Counted from the whole stretch's first letter, positions 1 to 12,300 are shown. The stretch: 63,652 bases of DNA, filler included, from Atractiella rhizophila (GCA_021432655.1; 3 parts of 3 records of this genome joined end to end with filler, not necessarily neighbours in it); one strand, 5' to 3'. Translations and numbers: made by a program. The notes: generated by a model not told the origin, from the sequence alone.

Positions 1-1
1 T

Positions 2-616
2 CTCATCCATGTTTCCCCTGGGGAACCCAATGGTGTCCTTGATATTGGAGGAGGGGGAGGAGGAGGAGGGGAAATCAGGACGCTCCACATTGGCCCACCC
101 ACGCGTTCCCCCGCGTCTCGTCACATCGTCCCACCCACAACGACAACGAGCACAACAATCACACGTCCAAAGTCCAAGAAACGCAAGCGCGCACCCACGC
201 CCCCCGATCCAGAGCACCACAGCTCGCCCTCCTCCTCCGGCGGCGTCTCCTCGCCGCGCTCGGACTTCTTCCCGCCCCCCACCGTGGCCCTGAACACGAC
301 CGAGAGCGAGCTGCTCTCCTTCCTCCAGTCCGCCCTGCCCTCCGTCGTCACCGTCGGGAACCAGCCGCTGGTGTCCATCGTCCGCGCGCTCGTGAAGAGG
401 TGTGGATGGTCCGCGGGAGGGTTGGTGGAGGTCGCGGAGGATGAGAGGGCGTTGAAGGAGCTGTGGGAGAGGACGGTGGAGAGGTTGTGGCCCGGCGAAG
501 AGGGGAGGAGCGGAGGCTTTAATCCGATGCAGATCACGATGGTTAATAGGGCGTTGAGGAGGAGGAGGGAGGAGAGGAAGGCGAGAGAGATGGAGGGTAG
601 GATCGCTATTGATTGA
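2..616 (+). CDS. 3' part of a hypothetical protein (5' end outside the window)
   Basis: Frame is open from base 2 to TGA at 616. It has low-complexity Pro/Ser/Thr sequence, a basic PKSKKRKR patch and a helical-looking C-terminus. No family recognised. Confidence 0.55.
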   Translation, partial: LIHVSPGEPNGVLDIGGGGGGGGEIRTLHIGPPTRSPASRHIVPPTTTTSTTITRPKSKKRKRAPTPPDPEHHSSPSSSGGVSSPRSDFFPPPTVALNTTESELLSFLQSALPSVVTVGNQPLVSIVRALVKRCGWSAGGLVEVAEDERALKELWERTVERLWPGEEGRSGGFNPMQITMVNRALRRRREERKAREMEGRIAID

Positions 617-1244
617 TCGGATTTACTATATGCTTTATGGGAAGGGTGAAGAGGGGTAGTGGTGGAGGGGATTTATTTAGGATTGTGAGCTATGTATTCT
701 TTGGCAAATGATACTTAACGGAGTTAGTTGGTGTGGTGTGATTGACAGCAATATTTACACTAATCTGTGTGTGTTCTCAAATCCTCTTGCAATCGATTAT
801 CTTTCAGGATCATCACAATCCTCCTGGTTCTATCACATCATGCGTTTTTCACAAAGCGACCAGGAAGAGGACGGAAAATGGGCTCCCCCGATGTTGATGT
901 TTATGACCAAGCTATTGCTCCCTTAAAACATGCAAGCATTATCCTGTGAAGTCTACCATAAGCAGTGAAGATATCTACACGTCTGGTCCAAACTGCAATC
1001 CCTTGTCTTTGTCTTGTATCCCTATGCATGAATATGCATGAATAGGGCTGCTGCATCAGCGGCGAGTCATCCATTGCGGGAGAGATACGTTATAGAACAA
1101 AATTGGCATTTCTTGATTAGTATAACCAAAGGGTATGAATCTCTCAGCAGACCGTGACGCTCACCAGTTGACTGCTCAGAGTAAATGCAACCGAAATTCA
1201 ATGCGATGAGAAAGGATAAAACAAAGTGCCACAAGTATTTACAT

Positions 1245-1781
1245 TTACACATCTCGAGGGCGGATTGTAAGATTCTTCATCGCGCTGCTGAGAATAATGT
1301 GCTCGATAGGTGTACCTGGAGGAGCGTCGCGGGATTCTGGAACAGGCTCTGTCGGCACGAGTGAGGAAGGATGAGAGCCGTGGTGCGAGCCCAAGTGAGA
1401 ATGATGGCTTGGGCTTGAAAGACCCCTGTCGCTTCCCCCCGTTTGCACGGCTGCTTCTTGATCCGCGCCGACAGAATCGCCAATTGCTCGTTGAATAACT
1501 AGCTGTAATTGCCGCTCCAGGTTCTCCATTCTCCCCGTGAGCTGGGAATTATTCCTCCTGAGCGTTACGACTTCACCCCTGAGTTTGTCGCCTTCAACCC
1601 GCAGCTGGTCTCCTTCACTCCTGAGTGTAACGACTTCACCCCTGAGCGTGACAACTTCATTCTCGAGGAAGTTCACTCGTTCCCTAAGGATCGTATTCTC
1701 CCTTCTGAGCGGGACATCTTCAGATGGCAACGTTTGTAGCTGATCTATAGGAGATGGTGACCTCGACATATGGGTGAACAA
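1245..1781 (-). CDS. hypothetical coiled-coil protein with heptad repeats (may continue in further exons)
   Basis: 178-aa ORF containing EVVTLRG/EVVTLRS/EGDQLRV/EGDKLRG/EVVTLRR heptads, encoded by an imperfect 21-bp tandem repeat at about 1555-1665. Confidence 0.5.
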   Translation of the reverse strand: MFTHMSRSPSPIDQLQTLPSEDVPLRRENTILRERVNFLENEVVTLRGEVVTLRSEGDQLRVEGDKLRGEVVTLRRNNSQLTGRMENLERQLQLVIQRAIGDSVGADQEAAVQTGGSDRGLSSPSHHSHLGSHHGSHPSSLVPTEPVPESRDAPPGTPIEHIILSSAMKNLTIRPRDV

Positions 1782-2520
1782 GGAGGTTGGCTGAGTATAG
1801 GGAATGGAGCTGCTCGAGAAGCGCTCGATAACAGGATTCGCAGCCCAACAGAGGTTTGGGATAGTACGTGGTCCCTAGTGCTGGAATCATATCCGGAATC
1901 AGCATGTTGCTACTGCTGGAAAGGCAAGTCGCCACCAACTGCTCCCAGATCCAAGTCATGAGAACACCTACTTTGTTTCGTCCTCTTTCGTTCTCAAACC
2001 CATGCAACTTCAGCTTCCAAGCCCTTGGGAAGGTAGCTTGGTGGAATGTTTCCTTATCACAACAAGCCGCTACAGTAGAGTACCGGAACACAAGGGATCC
2101 TACCTGAGGGGCCAGTGGCTGTAGGGGGGTCGAAATGAGATGGAGAGTGCCATGTTATGTCAACGTCGGGAACTTGTTGGAAAGCATATCCTCATCACCT
2201 CAATCTAGCTTTCACACACAAGCATTCCACGACTAGAGGATCCAACATGTTTCTCTCCATTGATTTAAAGGAAATGTTGCAAGGTTACTACTAGTTCGCC
2301 GTTCTCTTCGCCTTCACTTCTACCTGCCTACCTGCCAGCCTGATCAACGATGTTGAACTCAGAGCTATTTTACCAAGATACAACATGCTGTATGTGTCGC
2401 GCGTTATATTAGTGACCATCCGAAGGATCGTTTCTGTCATGTCTTGTGGCTTCTGGAAGCAACCCATCTTTTGGAAACAGAGACTGATACAAACATTTGT
2501 ATGACATACGCGAGTTGGTT

Positions 2521-3824
2521 TCAATCGTGTTTGAGTATTATTGCCTTCACCTGTTCCATCCGTAAGTTTGGTCAAAAATTACCAACTGCACAAACAAACC
2601 TCAGTCCAAACTTCCAAAGCTGAACATATTATCAGATACATCATCTATGAATAAAGAAGATGTGAAAGGGACCTTGTGCACTCTTCTCTTTTCCGAACCC
2701 ACTTGACTTCCAGCCTCCGAATGGCATATCTTGTGCGCTAAACACAAATCATACATGAAAATGAACCCTGAACGAAGCAGGGAAAGGCGAACTGCAACGG
2801 GGAATTCGTGTTGATGGCTATAGGCCCAGCTTCCAAAGCCTTCACAACCTGCATGACCCTGTCGATCTATTTTTCCTTCACTTTAACGATCGTTCCATCG
2901 ACCACGGTCCACCTACGTCTTTTATGAATACGGCTGCATAGAGACCGTCCGAACCTTCAACAACGTAGGGGAGGACAAACAAGGTGTTGTTGTTAGTTTC
3001 GGCTCTCCATCTAAAGCGAATTCACCGACTTCCTCTATTGATGATGTGAGTACATTGAGTTCCAGCTCTTTGGCACTTTTAACCCACTTACCTTTATTGA
3101 TCCTCGAAGTTTCCGCAGCCGCAGTGAAGATTGTAGTTGGAAGAAGTGCCTTTTCAGTCCTTCGAAGCGCTCGCCTCCCAAAACAACGTTTGCTTCCTTC
3201 TTCCTGTTCCACACAGTCAGCGTGATACAAAGAGGAGAACTCCCTCTATGCACACCCAATATCAAGATAAGATGCCACAGTGCGGCCGTGGATATCGTCT
3301 GCCATTGGTCTAGATGATTTCGGGCTCAGAACGTGACAGAGAACAGGGATAGAACAGACCCCATCATCTTCGAGGAGTCCAAGGGATCGCCGCGCTCTAC
3401 GTTGGAAAAGCTTTTCTTGTACTTCTCAAGAAACTTCTCCGCTATGGTTTCTTGAACATAGACGCCATACAGATCCGTCCGCTATTGCGAGATCGACGCG
3501 ATCAACTATGCTTAGACAAGAAAGAGTTACGATGGGTTTCAAGAGAAGCGTACGCGTTGATTTGAAGCGAGAACACGCTGGAAGAAACCGCCTTTTCCAG
3601 GTCCGCATCTTCGAAGACAATAGTACGGGACTTCCCTCCCTATTTGTTCGATATTTGAAGATCGTCAAGATACCAAATCTGGGCAAAAAGAGTAGAGACG
3701 CACAAGTTCCAGTGTAACATTCGTCAGGTTCGAGTCAGCAGCCGCTTTTGTATCGGCCTCCCTGTCCTCGTCCTATTGTACCATCATTCAACTTGCAGCG
3801 TCGTGAAGCGGAAAGGAAGTTTGG
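2521..3824 (-). pseudogene. 5'-truncated aldehyde dehydrogenase pseudogene, paralog of 14751-17164
   Basis: Colinear similarity to 14751-16190, introns included. A 10-nt deletion near 3460 frameshifts the NSGQICMASTRLYVQ motif. Similarity stops abruptly at about 3824. Confidence 0.85.
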
Positions 3825-4103
3825 TGCCCAACACTTTAACATCGGTACGATTTACCTCTGTATCTGACACATTGCTCACTTTGGTATTAGTGCCAGTGTA
3901 AATTGTACTTGCACAACCTGCTACCTTCTGATCTGCTAAAAGAGCATACTTGAGGTAGCAGCTCTGCATACAAATCACATGCAGACTCAATGGCTTCCCC
4001 TAGACAGCATACTTTTATTGCATTTCCTTGGAAGTGGTACTCGCAGCTTCCTCAATCTCAATCTCCTTCACTTCTGACATATTTCCCTGATCTTGCACTA
4101 CTC

Positions 4104-4175
4104 TGTTAGGGCTGACGCTATATACGGTTGCTAATGGGCAATGCTTCTATAGTGGAGATAAATTAGAGCAATGTG
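4104..4175. mobile_element. short fragment of an LTR-like repeat family
   Basis: tgttagggctgacgctatatacggttg...tagtggagataaa matches the terminus of the repeats at 8724 (inverted) and 13235. Confidence 0.6.
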
Positions 4176-4571
4176 TTCAGGCTGCATTCCCCGGCCAAAT
4201 TGGACTGTTCCGTCGCGAAGGAATGAGTAGTTATGTCTCACATCTCACTTCTGCCTGTCAAGCTGTCCACTCATATAACGCTCGTTTTCGTCCGCTGGAT
4301 TCCGCATCGTCTTCCACCATCATGAGCGATTGCGGAATCCAGGTTCTATCAAAACTGACAGCCTTTTCCCCGAAGGGACGCAGTTTGCCAACAACTGGGA
4401 GGAATAATGGGAATGGTAGGGAAAATTACATCCATCGAGGCATGGGCTGGGCTGAAATGAAACAACGACAATAAGATCATCACATTCAGTTAGAGAACTC
4501 AAGTAGTGGTGGATTCACTACATTCATGGAGGCAGCGGTGAAGTGAAACAAATTTGCAATCATCCCTGTTG

Positions 4572-6492
4572 CTACGTTGTGGCCGAACAAATCTCAGGGT
4601 ATCTGGATGGGTACGGATTTCCCCCATAGACCTCGCGGTACTGCTGCGAAGGGTTTTGGAAGACTGGGGTCACACTCAGCTGATGCCTATTGGTCATATC
4701 GGTCACCTGCAAAGTGTTCACCTGTCCCATAGTGAAAGGTTGGAAGGCTGGCTCGTGAGCCTTTTTTTGGTACGAATCTGAAACATTCGAAGTGTGATAT
4801 ATTGTCGATGGCATATCGTTATTTGGTACGCCCGTGGGAGAAAAGATGGACTCGCGGTTTGACCGTTTGCTCAGTGGCGATTTTGAACCTTTGCGGTAAC
4901 AGTAGAGGCAGGATGCAAGGATGATGAGGATACTGAGTGCCGCAACTCCGCCAACTGCGCTCCCCACGATCACACCCAGAGCGATCACATTGGGTGCTCC
5001 ACCTGACGCGCCAGCCACGTTTGTTCCATCCGTTCCGTTCGTTCCTGGGAGGCCAGAACCATTGAGAGATCCAGAGTTCTGTTGGACGGCCCGAGCAAAA
5101 CCAAGTTGGTGATTGGCGGTCGAATTGTAGGAGAAGACAGTATACCAATTCTTCATGAATGCATCTCCAACAACGCCAAGTGGTATATTGTTGCTATCGA
5201 CAGCCTGCGCAGCTGGAAGTTGGTGTTTCCTGTGGCTGAACCAAGGAAGAGAGACTCACATTTGTCGCAGCGAGGATGATACCGCATTGACCGCCTTGAG
5301 TGGTCCCAACAAACAAGTCGAGAGGCGCAACGTCATAAATGTTTCCGCCAATGTTGAAACCGAAGCCGAGAGTCGCAAGGGCTCCACAACTCATGACGAG
5401 GACATAATTCCCGCCTCCTTGATTCTGGATGCTGGCCCCAATGCCTTCAGCGTAAGCTTGAATGATGTTTGCTGGGAGGTTGACGATTGAGCTTCCCGAG
5501 TCGACCAATATCCTCATGTTCGTCCCGCTGATCGTCTTGCCATTCGCGGTCAACCCTTGACAATCAACAGCCCAGAAAATGTCCGATGCGACGTCCACAA
5601 AAGTAACGTTCCCCTTATAACGGCTCTCATCCATGCATCCAACGCAGATCTCGCCACCCGTAGAGTCCGTGGCAGAACTAGAGTTGAAGTTCTGAAAAGT
5701 GATATCGCGTTCCAAGAAGAGGGAAAAGACCGGAGAGTTGAGAGTGCCTCCATGTCCGGCGATGAGATGCTCCATGAAGGTCGTCTGCTTGTTCGAGGCC
5801 AAGGTAGAGAAACCAAGACCGATCAATCCATCCTCCACTTCGCTATCCAGCTGTTCTGAAGTGATGTTTGCGACTGAGAACCCTTGGCTGGGAATCGTGA
5901 AACCAGCTATGCCGAGGGTGTCTTGCGCCACGAAGCCAGTAGTTGTCGTTCCGTCACTGTACGTGATCTCCCACGGAGTTGCGCTGCCGACAAAGGTGGA
6001 AGAGGCTGAAGTGGCAAATTTCGGATGCTTCGTTGTATTGGCATCAGGGCCATAGACCCATAAGTCGGCTGATCCGGCTATACAGAAGGAGGATTAGCTA
6101 CGCGCTGGCGGTCATTAAAAAAGTGACAAACTAGCAAACTGGAGCGTAAAGTTTTGGCCAGGAGTTCCAAGTTCGATTTGACCAAGGTAGATTCCTGCAT
6201 GCTTTACATGAGCTACAGACAAACTGCGGAAGGGAAGCAAAGACAAACCGTCGAGTGGTGCACCATTTGAGAACTCTTCCCCTCCATCTGCCCGCTTTGA
6301 GAACCTCAGCCTGCGACGTTCATTGGACTCTGATGACTTAATGTGCTTGGTGATGGAGACGACGTTGAGTCCCCTCTTCTGCCACTCTTCACGTCGCGAT
6401 GACGAGGGAGGAAGAAATGTGGCTGAAGCGCCGGTGACACAGAGCAAAAGTGACACCGTGACCATTTCACTTGAATACTGAGACTGAGACAA
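4572..6492 (-). CDS. membrane-anchored pepsin-like (A1) aspartic protease homolog; first catalytic motif reads ATGS
   Basis: Signal peptide and KR-ending prosegment; YLGQIELGTPGQNFTLQF-[intron]-TGSADLWV; DGLIGLGF; ILVDSGSS; GDAFMKNWYTVF; C-terminal TM helix (VIVGSAVGGVAALSILIILA) and cytosolic tail. At least three introns. Confidence 0.9.
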
Positions 6493-7464
6493 CTGATAGG
6501 ACGCCGTTGAAGAGAGAATTCGAGTGTTTCAGTGTTGTAACAAAAGGCCAACGTCGCTGAAAGGTTAAGGGGAACCTGCAGGGGTTGAAAGGAATTTGAC
6601 CAGGCAGGGGCATGTAAATAGTGGCCTCAAAAATCTTCGGCCGTCAGCGCAAACATTTATTAACAAGGATGTACTCCTGCGCAAGGAACCACAGTATGCA
6701 AAGTTTAAAGCAAGTGCATGTTCTATCACTGGATCAATGAAAGGGGCCTTGCGCACAGGTTTCCTTGCTTTGAGCATTGTGTTTATTGCAATCTTGTTCC
6801 AGGAATCCTGATCTTGTTCCCCACAGAAGTGTTCAAAAACAAACTAATACGGCGGGTGGAGTGCTCGAACCTGTAAGTTAGAGCACACCTTAGCGGTCGA
6901 CCGCTTTGAGGTTCCTTCCAGTCCACAGCTCATTGGGTGGGTCCTCCTTCTGATTGGTTTCTGTGGCCCTTCCCCTTTTGTCGACATGTAGAAGCGCTTC
7001 TCAGAGCTTCCTGCAACCTAGCCACACCAGGCCCTTTTTCGTACTGTTCGACACGATGAATAAACGCTGCATTACTGCAGACAAATCGATCACCAACTCA
7101 GGTCTACGCGTTACCTCCCTTCGCGATTTAATAGGGACAAACTCACTGTTTTTACCCGATTCCATCTCAATAAACCAAAAGAAAACACTCCTACGTCGCT
7201 TAAAGACCATTTTCCTTCCCGTAGAAGCCGAAAGCGAAGCGGAAATACTCAAAATCATCGAGAGAATATGGTGACCCAGAATAACAAGCGTGTTTAAAAT
7301 AAAGCCAACCTCTCCAGCCGAACTTCACATCATCAGTAGAGTAACAGAAGAAGTTTTGACATGCGTAGGACAGGTGATAGTCGAGAATTATTCCGCACCC
7401 CGGTAACGGTTGTCTTGAACCCGCCTTAAGGAGGAAATGGTATCTTGTTCACATGCTCCACCAA

Positions 7465-8175
7465 GCTATCCTATCCTCTAAGATCTGATCCTATCCCTAT
7501 CCTATCCTAATCCTATATCTATTCATTCCTCTAAGATTCATCAGTTCTTGGAATGAGTCATAAAACCCCATACCTCCCTCAGCAGGCACGTTAGAATGAA
7601 ATGAATGTACATATGCTTGCACACTTCTGAATCTGCAAGGAAATTTTATTCTACAGAGGTTAAAAAATGTATTTCATACTGGACTCGAACCCTTACAAGG
7701 ATCATAGTCAGGTTCAAGGGGCCATGCCCCTTGCAAGTGGGTCAGTGGGCCTGAGAGACAAAGGGCATTTACACACTTGTCCTATCCTCTAAGATTCATC
7801 AGTTCTTGGCATGGGTCATAAGACAGGACAAGATTGTACGCCTCCTCCTTTGCCACTTGTGTGCTTGCACGTTTCTACTTTTGTTGAGCATGTTCTGGAA
7901 CTGTGGCAACTTTTCTTTTACCACAGGGATCTTAGCTATAAAAGCCCTTCACCTGCAAGTGCGAGACTCATACTTATTTGTTATCTTGCACTTCGCAGCG
8001 CTCACACATTTGTCAAGACACACTTTTGAGCCATCACACCTCCCTCACCATGCACAATATAATGAAATGTATTATACCATCATTACACAAATGCTTGCTC
8101 CTTTCTGAACCTGCAAGGAAATTTTATTCTAAAAGGGTTGAAAAAGTGCATTTTGTACTGGACTCGAACCCTTGA
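7465..8175. repeat. two imperfect direct copies of a non-coding repeat plus an ATCCT microsatellite
   Basis: cctctaagattcatcagttcttgg occurs at about 7528 and 7787. ctgcaaggaaattttattcta...tactggactcgaaccctt occurs at about 7633-7694 and 8111-8173. (atcct)n-like run at 7468-7515. Confidence 0.7.
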
Positions 8176-8399
8176 AACCAAGAAAATAGCCAACTCTGTC
8201 CCCGCAATTCCGCTGTAGCAGCCCTGCAATGAGCCAAATTCCACCGTAGCAGCGTGCATCAGAATTGCCTGTACACAATTTCTTCAGCACAATTTGATTG
8301 TTTCTCAGGTAGCATGCTAAAAGTTGGCTTTTGCTATTCATTAGGGAAGAAAAAAATGTCAAGTTTGCATCTTATGCAATTGACGCCCATTCACCAGAT

Positions 8400-8724
8400 T
8401 GCATCTCCTGACGCCCATTTGTGTTCCCCACGAATCGGCGCCGGTTAGCCACTCTGCGTCTCCCGTCGTCTGTTTGCACCTCCATCACCACTTGGCCCAA
8501 TTGTGTCTATTCTCCTCTTATTAACCCCACGTAATCCCACTGTCACTTTCCCCTTTTAGTTCACTTACATGTTTCACCTGTTCTCCTCTACACTTTGTGG
8601 CAGTGTTATTCCGCTTGTATATAGATCGGAGAGTAGTGGAGGTGACCTTGGAGTATTCTCTTAGGTTTATCTCCACTACAGACGCATCGCCCTTCAGCGA
8701 CCACACATAGTGTCAGCCCTAACA
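8400..8724. mobile_element. solo-LTR-like repeat ending ...gtgtcagccctaaca
   Basis: Reverse complement matches 13235-13600. Has a CA terminus and a TATA-like gtatatag about 100 bp upstream. Left boundary is approximate. Confidence 0.6.
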
Positions 8725-11700
8725 GGAGGTCGGTTCAGTCATGGCATATCCGGTGGTTGCAGAATGGCAGAAGGGTCTGGTATGCTCACAGCCACATTAT
8801 CAGCCAAATCATCGAACTCAGAGGGCATAAATTTGTTTGTGGTCCACTTAGCCAATACCTGGGTCTCCTGATCTTCAAACCAGTGTACCTCCTTCGACTG
8901 GACGAAACAACGCTCTCGTGGCAACCAAAACAACCAGCCTTTCGACCCCTCGAGATATCCGCCGAGTGATCAATGGTGCCACGTGGACCTAACTTTGACC
9001 TCTGCTTTTCGACAGGAATGTGAATGACGGCCAGACAACCAAAAGTTCGTAGGTGTGAGACATCCGGCATCGATTCCGACCATAATGCCTCCGGGCATTT
9101 CCAAGTCCCATCAGAAAATGTAGGTAAACGATTCAAAGTGTAAACTGCAAATTGGACTGCTTTTTCTTAGAAAGATAATGGTAAACCAGATTCAAAACAA
9201 CAGTGCACGCCACATCAAAAGTGTATACCAATGATGTTCAATGAAACCCATTTGGTTGTGAATATAAGGGATTGATGTCTGATGTGTAATACCATACGAA
9301 CGAATAAAATCTTGAAAATGAACAGACTTGAACTCACCTCCATTGTCGCCACGAATGACCTTTACTTTAATGCCTACACGTCGCTCAGACTGCAGTACCC
9401 ATTCCTTTAGCACCCTAGCTGCGTCAGATTTCACGTTGACAGAGGTGCAACTACTTCTTTTATTTCTCTAAAACTCATTTCTGCATACAACCTACCTGTC
9501 ACTCAACTTCCTTCCCTAGTACCTGTTTATAACATCGACGAATCTCTCAATCAAGGAGTATCCATCCATTCTGTCACTTACTTACCAATTTCGATCGCCA
9601 CTCGCCATGAGGTTTGGCAATTCGCTGTAGCAGAGTTAGGGACCGTCGACATGATTTTAGGCCACGACTGGCTAAGACACCACAACCCAGAGATCAACTG
9701 GGACTCAGGGAAAGTTGAATTCTCTCGTTGCCCTACCAGTTGCAGTGCAGATGACGTGTCTACCACCCGCGAACACTTCCCGCCATCCTCTACCTCGATA
9801 CGAGCCGCGATGACGAAATCGCAGAAACTGGCGAAAGACACAGCGGCGATGAGACCAAAACATGTCATCGAAATACCAACGCAAATCGCCGATTTTGCAG
9901 ACATTTTCGACGACGAAAAATTCAAAACTTCTCTCCCTCCTCGACGACCTTGGGACCACGCGATCAACCTCATACCCGAAACACGACCATATGCGGGTCC
10001 GGTCTACCCCTTGAAAAGAGACAAACAAGCGGTGCTCGACCAATTCATTGACGCTGAACTGAGCGCCGGTCGTATACGTTCTAGCGGGAATCCAGCACAT
10101 CTTAGCAGTAGCTACATCAATAATCCCAAGTCCATATCGTTCACCCATCTGCAACCCACAGACCCGGGCAGGACCCCACAGGTCACAATCAACTCGTTCA
10201 CCTTTGGTGTTCGAGGAAGACACTGTGGTCATACGATTCGGTCGAGCTTTCGATTTTCTGGCAGCACACGCAACACACGGAGGCAACGAGGTCGCATTTG
10301 CAATCGAAACCCAACACAATCCCCGTTAAAGGCTCTCTCCACCCCTTTGAACCTATATGGCCCAAGCGTATGTGCCAGGTTTGAGGAGTCGTAACTGCAA
10401 AAGCAGACGTGTGAGATAGAGCAATGGGAGGCTTCGCAGGCCCGGGAATGGGCACTCGCCTCCAACTCAATTTGTCCTATGCCAAAAACCGCTATTCCAA
10501 AGTGCGTGCCAGCCTCACAACGGATAAACATGTTGCGGTGGTCATTGGTGAACTTGATCCCACGTTTCATAAGATCGAGTTGGGAGATCAGGTTGACACG
10601 GAGACCAGGTATATAGAATCCCATTCCAAAATCCGCTTCAGATATCACCCTGCCGGACATGTCTTCAAGTAACGGTTTGACCCATCCATGTGCGTTGCGA
10701 ATCCACCACTGCCAGAGGCGCCACCAACAAATATCGGAGCGGTAAGAGGTTGTATGTCGGTAAACAGTTCTGGAGAACCGGACATGTGGACAGATGCGGC
10801 AGAATCAAGGAATGTCGATACGGGGACGTTTTCCATTCCAGAGATATTGTGGGAGAGGAAGCAGAAGGCACCATTGGGGATAACAGCATCATAAGTTGGG
10901 AACGGAGAGTTGGAGGAAGTCGAATGTGAATTAGGAAGAGTATGAAAAGCTGAAGGATAAATGGACATTGCCCTTGACCGTCTGTGGCGACATTAACAGG
11001 AAGGTTCATGTCAACAATGTAAGAAGGAGATTGTAAAGACATGAGCAGATCAGAAGTTAAAGAAAAAGGCTGAAACGTTTGGGAATATAAAGCCACATCA
11101 AATTTAGGAAGAGAAAGGAGATAATCAATGTTAGAAAAACCATCAAGTGAAGATTTCGGAATTTCCTGATTCGAAACAGGAAATGGTGAAGTAACGGATG
11201 TAGAAGGTTGATGAGAAGGGGACAAAATACACGTTGCGTAAAACCCGGCCAGGCCTGGGAGACAGTGCCCTTTTATGGGCTATGCACGTTATAGACATCA
11301 TGAATGCGAGACTCCGGTGGTGGAAGGTCTCTCTGAACCCAATATCAACGTGGTGTAACAATGGAAGGTGGAGCAGGTGGAGCAGGTGGAGTCTGTGGAG
11401 TCTGTAGAGAAGGTGTATGTGATCAACGATCAGCAGGTGGAGGTAGCATGGTTTCAGAAGATTGGTGGGTAGAAGTAACAAAGTCAGGCGTGACCGACGT
11501 TGGAGAATAGGAAAAACGTTGGCGGGTTAGGAACGTGGCCGAGGAAGATGACTGTGAAAAACGAGGAGAATTGGATATGTATCCAGGGGATGACCAATTT
11601 CTAGGATTCCCGGTGCGTGTTGCATACATACTGATGCTTGACTCCCTGGAGTAAGCACCGTTCCCCATCCTAGCCTCCATAGCACCATGCATCTCCTTTT

Positions 11701-12300
11701 GCCTAGCCACTTCCTGAAGATGTTCAAAGCATTTGGTAAGGTTTTTCCTAAGTACTTTGACAGTGTCTAAAGCATGGGCCTGCCATTCTGGGTCGAGAGA
11801 GTTGACGAACATCATGAAACGTGTGGCTTCTAGCACCATAAAATCTTTGTCCGCCGCTATGAGTTCAGAATAGAGGCGAGAACAATCCGTGATGTACTCC
11901 TGAATGGAATACGTTCCTGATGTCGAAAAGGAGCATCGGCTAAACGCATCCCAAGCAGTGTGGCCACTAAGTGTGTGGGCATCACCGTACACTGCTCGAA
12001 GTTTCGCAATCATTTCTGAGGCAGTTCGAATGGTGGTGGGTACTTTATTAGTAGATGCGTTGTCCAAATTCGCTCGAATAACGGCTACCACGCTCGTATT
12101 TCCTGCATTCCATTCGACCATCGCGTTTTCCCACGCTTTCCTTGTTGCCTCAGGAGCATTGTCCGGGGGGCGCACTGGTTTCTCTTCAATGAAATCCTCT
12201 CCATCTGGTTGGTCAATGCAGTACTGATAAATCTTCATCTGCATGAGTCCACTGGACATCGCTTCCCACCAAGGATCAAAACTCCCTGGACAGGAGGTAC
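8725..12300 (-). mobile_element. degenerate Ty1/copia retrotransposon (gag-protease-integrase; RT/RNase H not seen)
   Basis: Gag-like ORF 11423-12259; protease FLDSAASVHM; GAG-pre-integrase WHIRLGHIG and CVACAARK; integrase DLWGPA, RGDNGGEF and HLRTFGCLA...KLGPRG. Copia domain order, with several stops and frameshifts. Confidence 0.9.
9438..10075 (+). mobile_element. internal Ty3/gypsy pol fragment (protease to start of RT) inserted in the copia integrase
   Basis: Open frame DRGATTSFIS...DMILGHDWLRHHNPEINW...LPPRRPWDHAINLIP...GRIR. Flanked by ACGTT at 9433-9437 and 10076-10080. Confidence 0.85.

Noticed and set aside
5160..5260. Apparent premature stop in the aspartic protease
   Set aside because: Removed by a ~58-nt GT-AG intron that restores AVDSNNIPLGVVGDAFMKNW.
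6850..6915. Possible tRNA on the minus strand (GGTTCGAG motif)
   Set aside because: I could not fold a convincing acceptor stem, D-arm and anticodon arm.
6954..7274. Overlapping ORFs on both strands, possibly a TE remnant
   Set aside because: No recognisable motif in the frames I examined.
9651..10394. 247-aa ORF as a novel gene
   Set aside because: It is the gypsy fragment reading through into antisense copia sequence.
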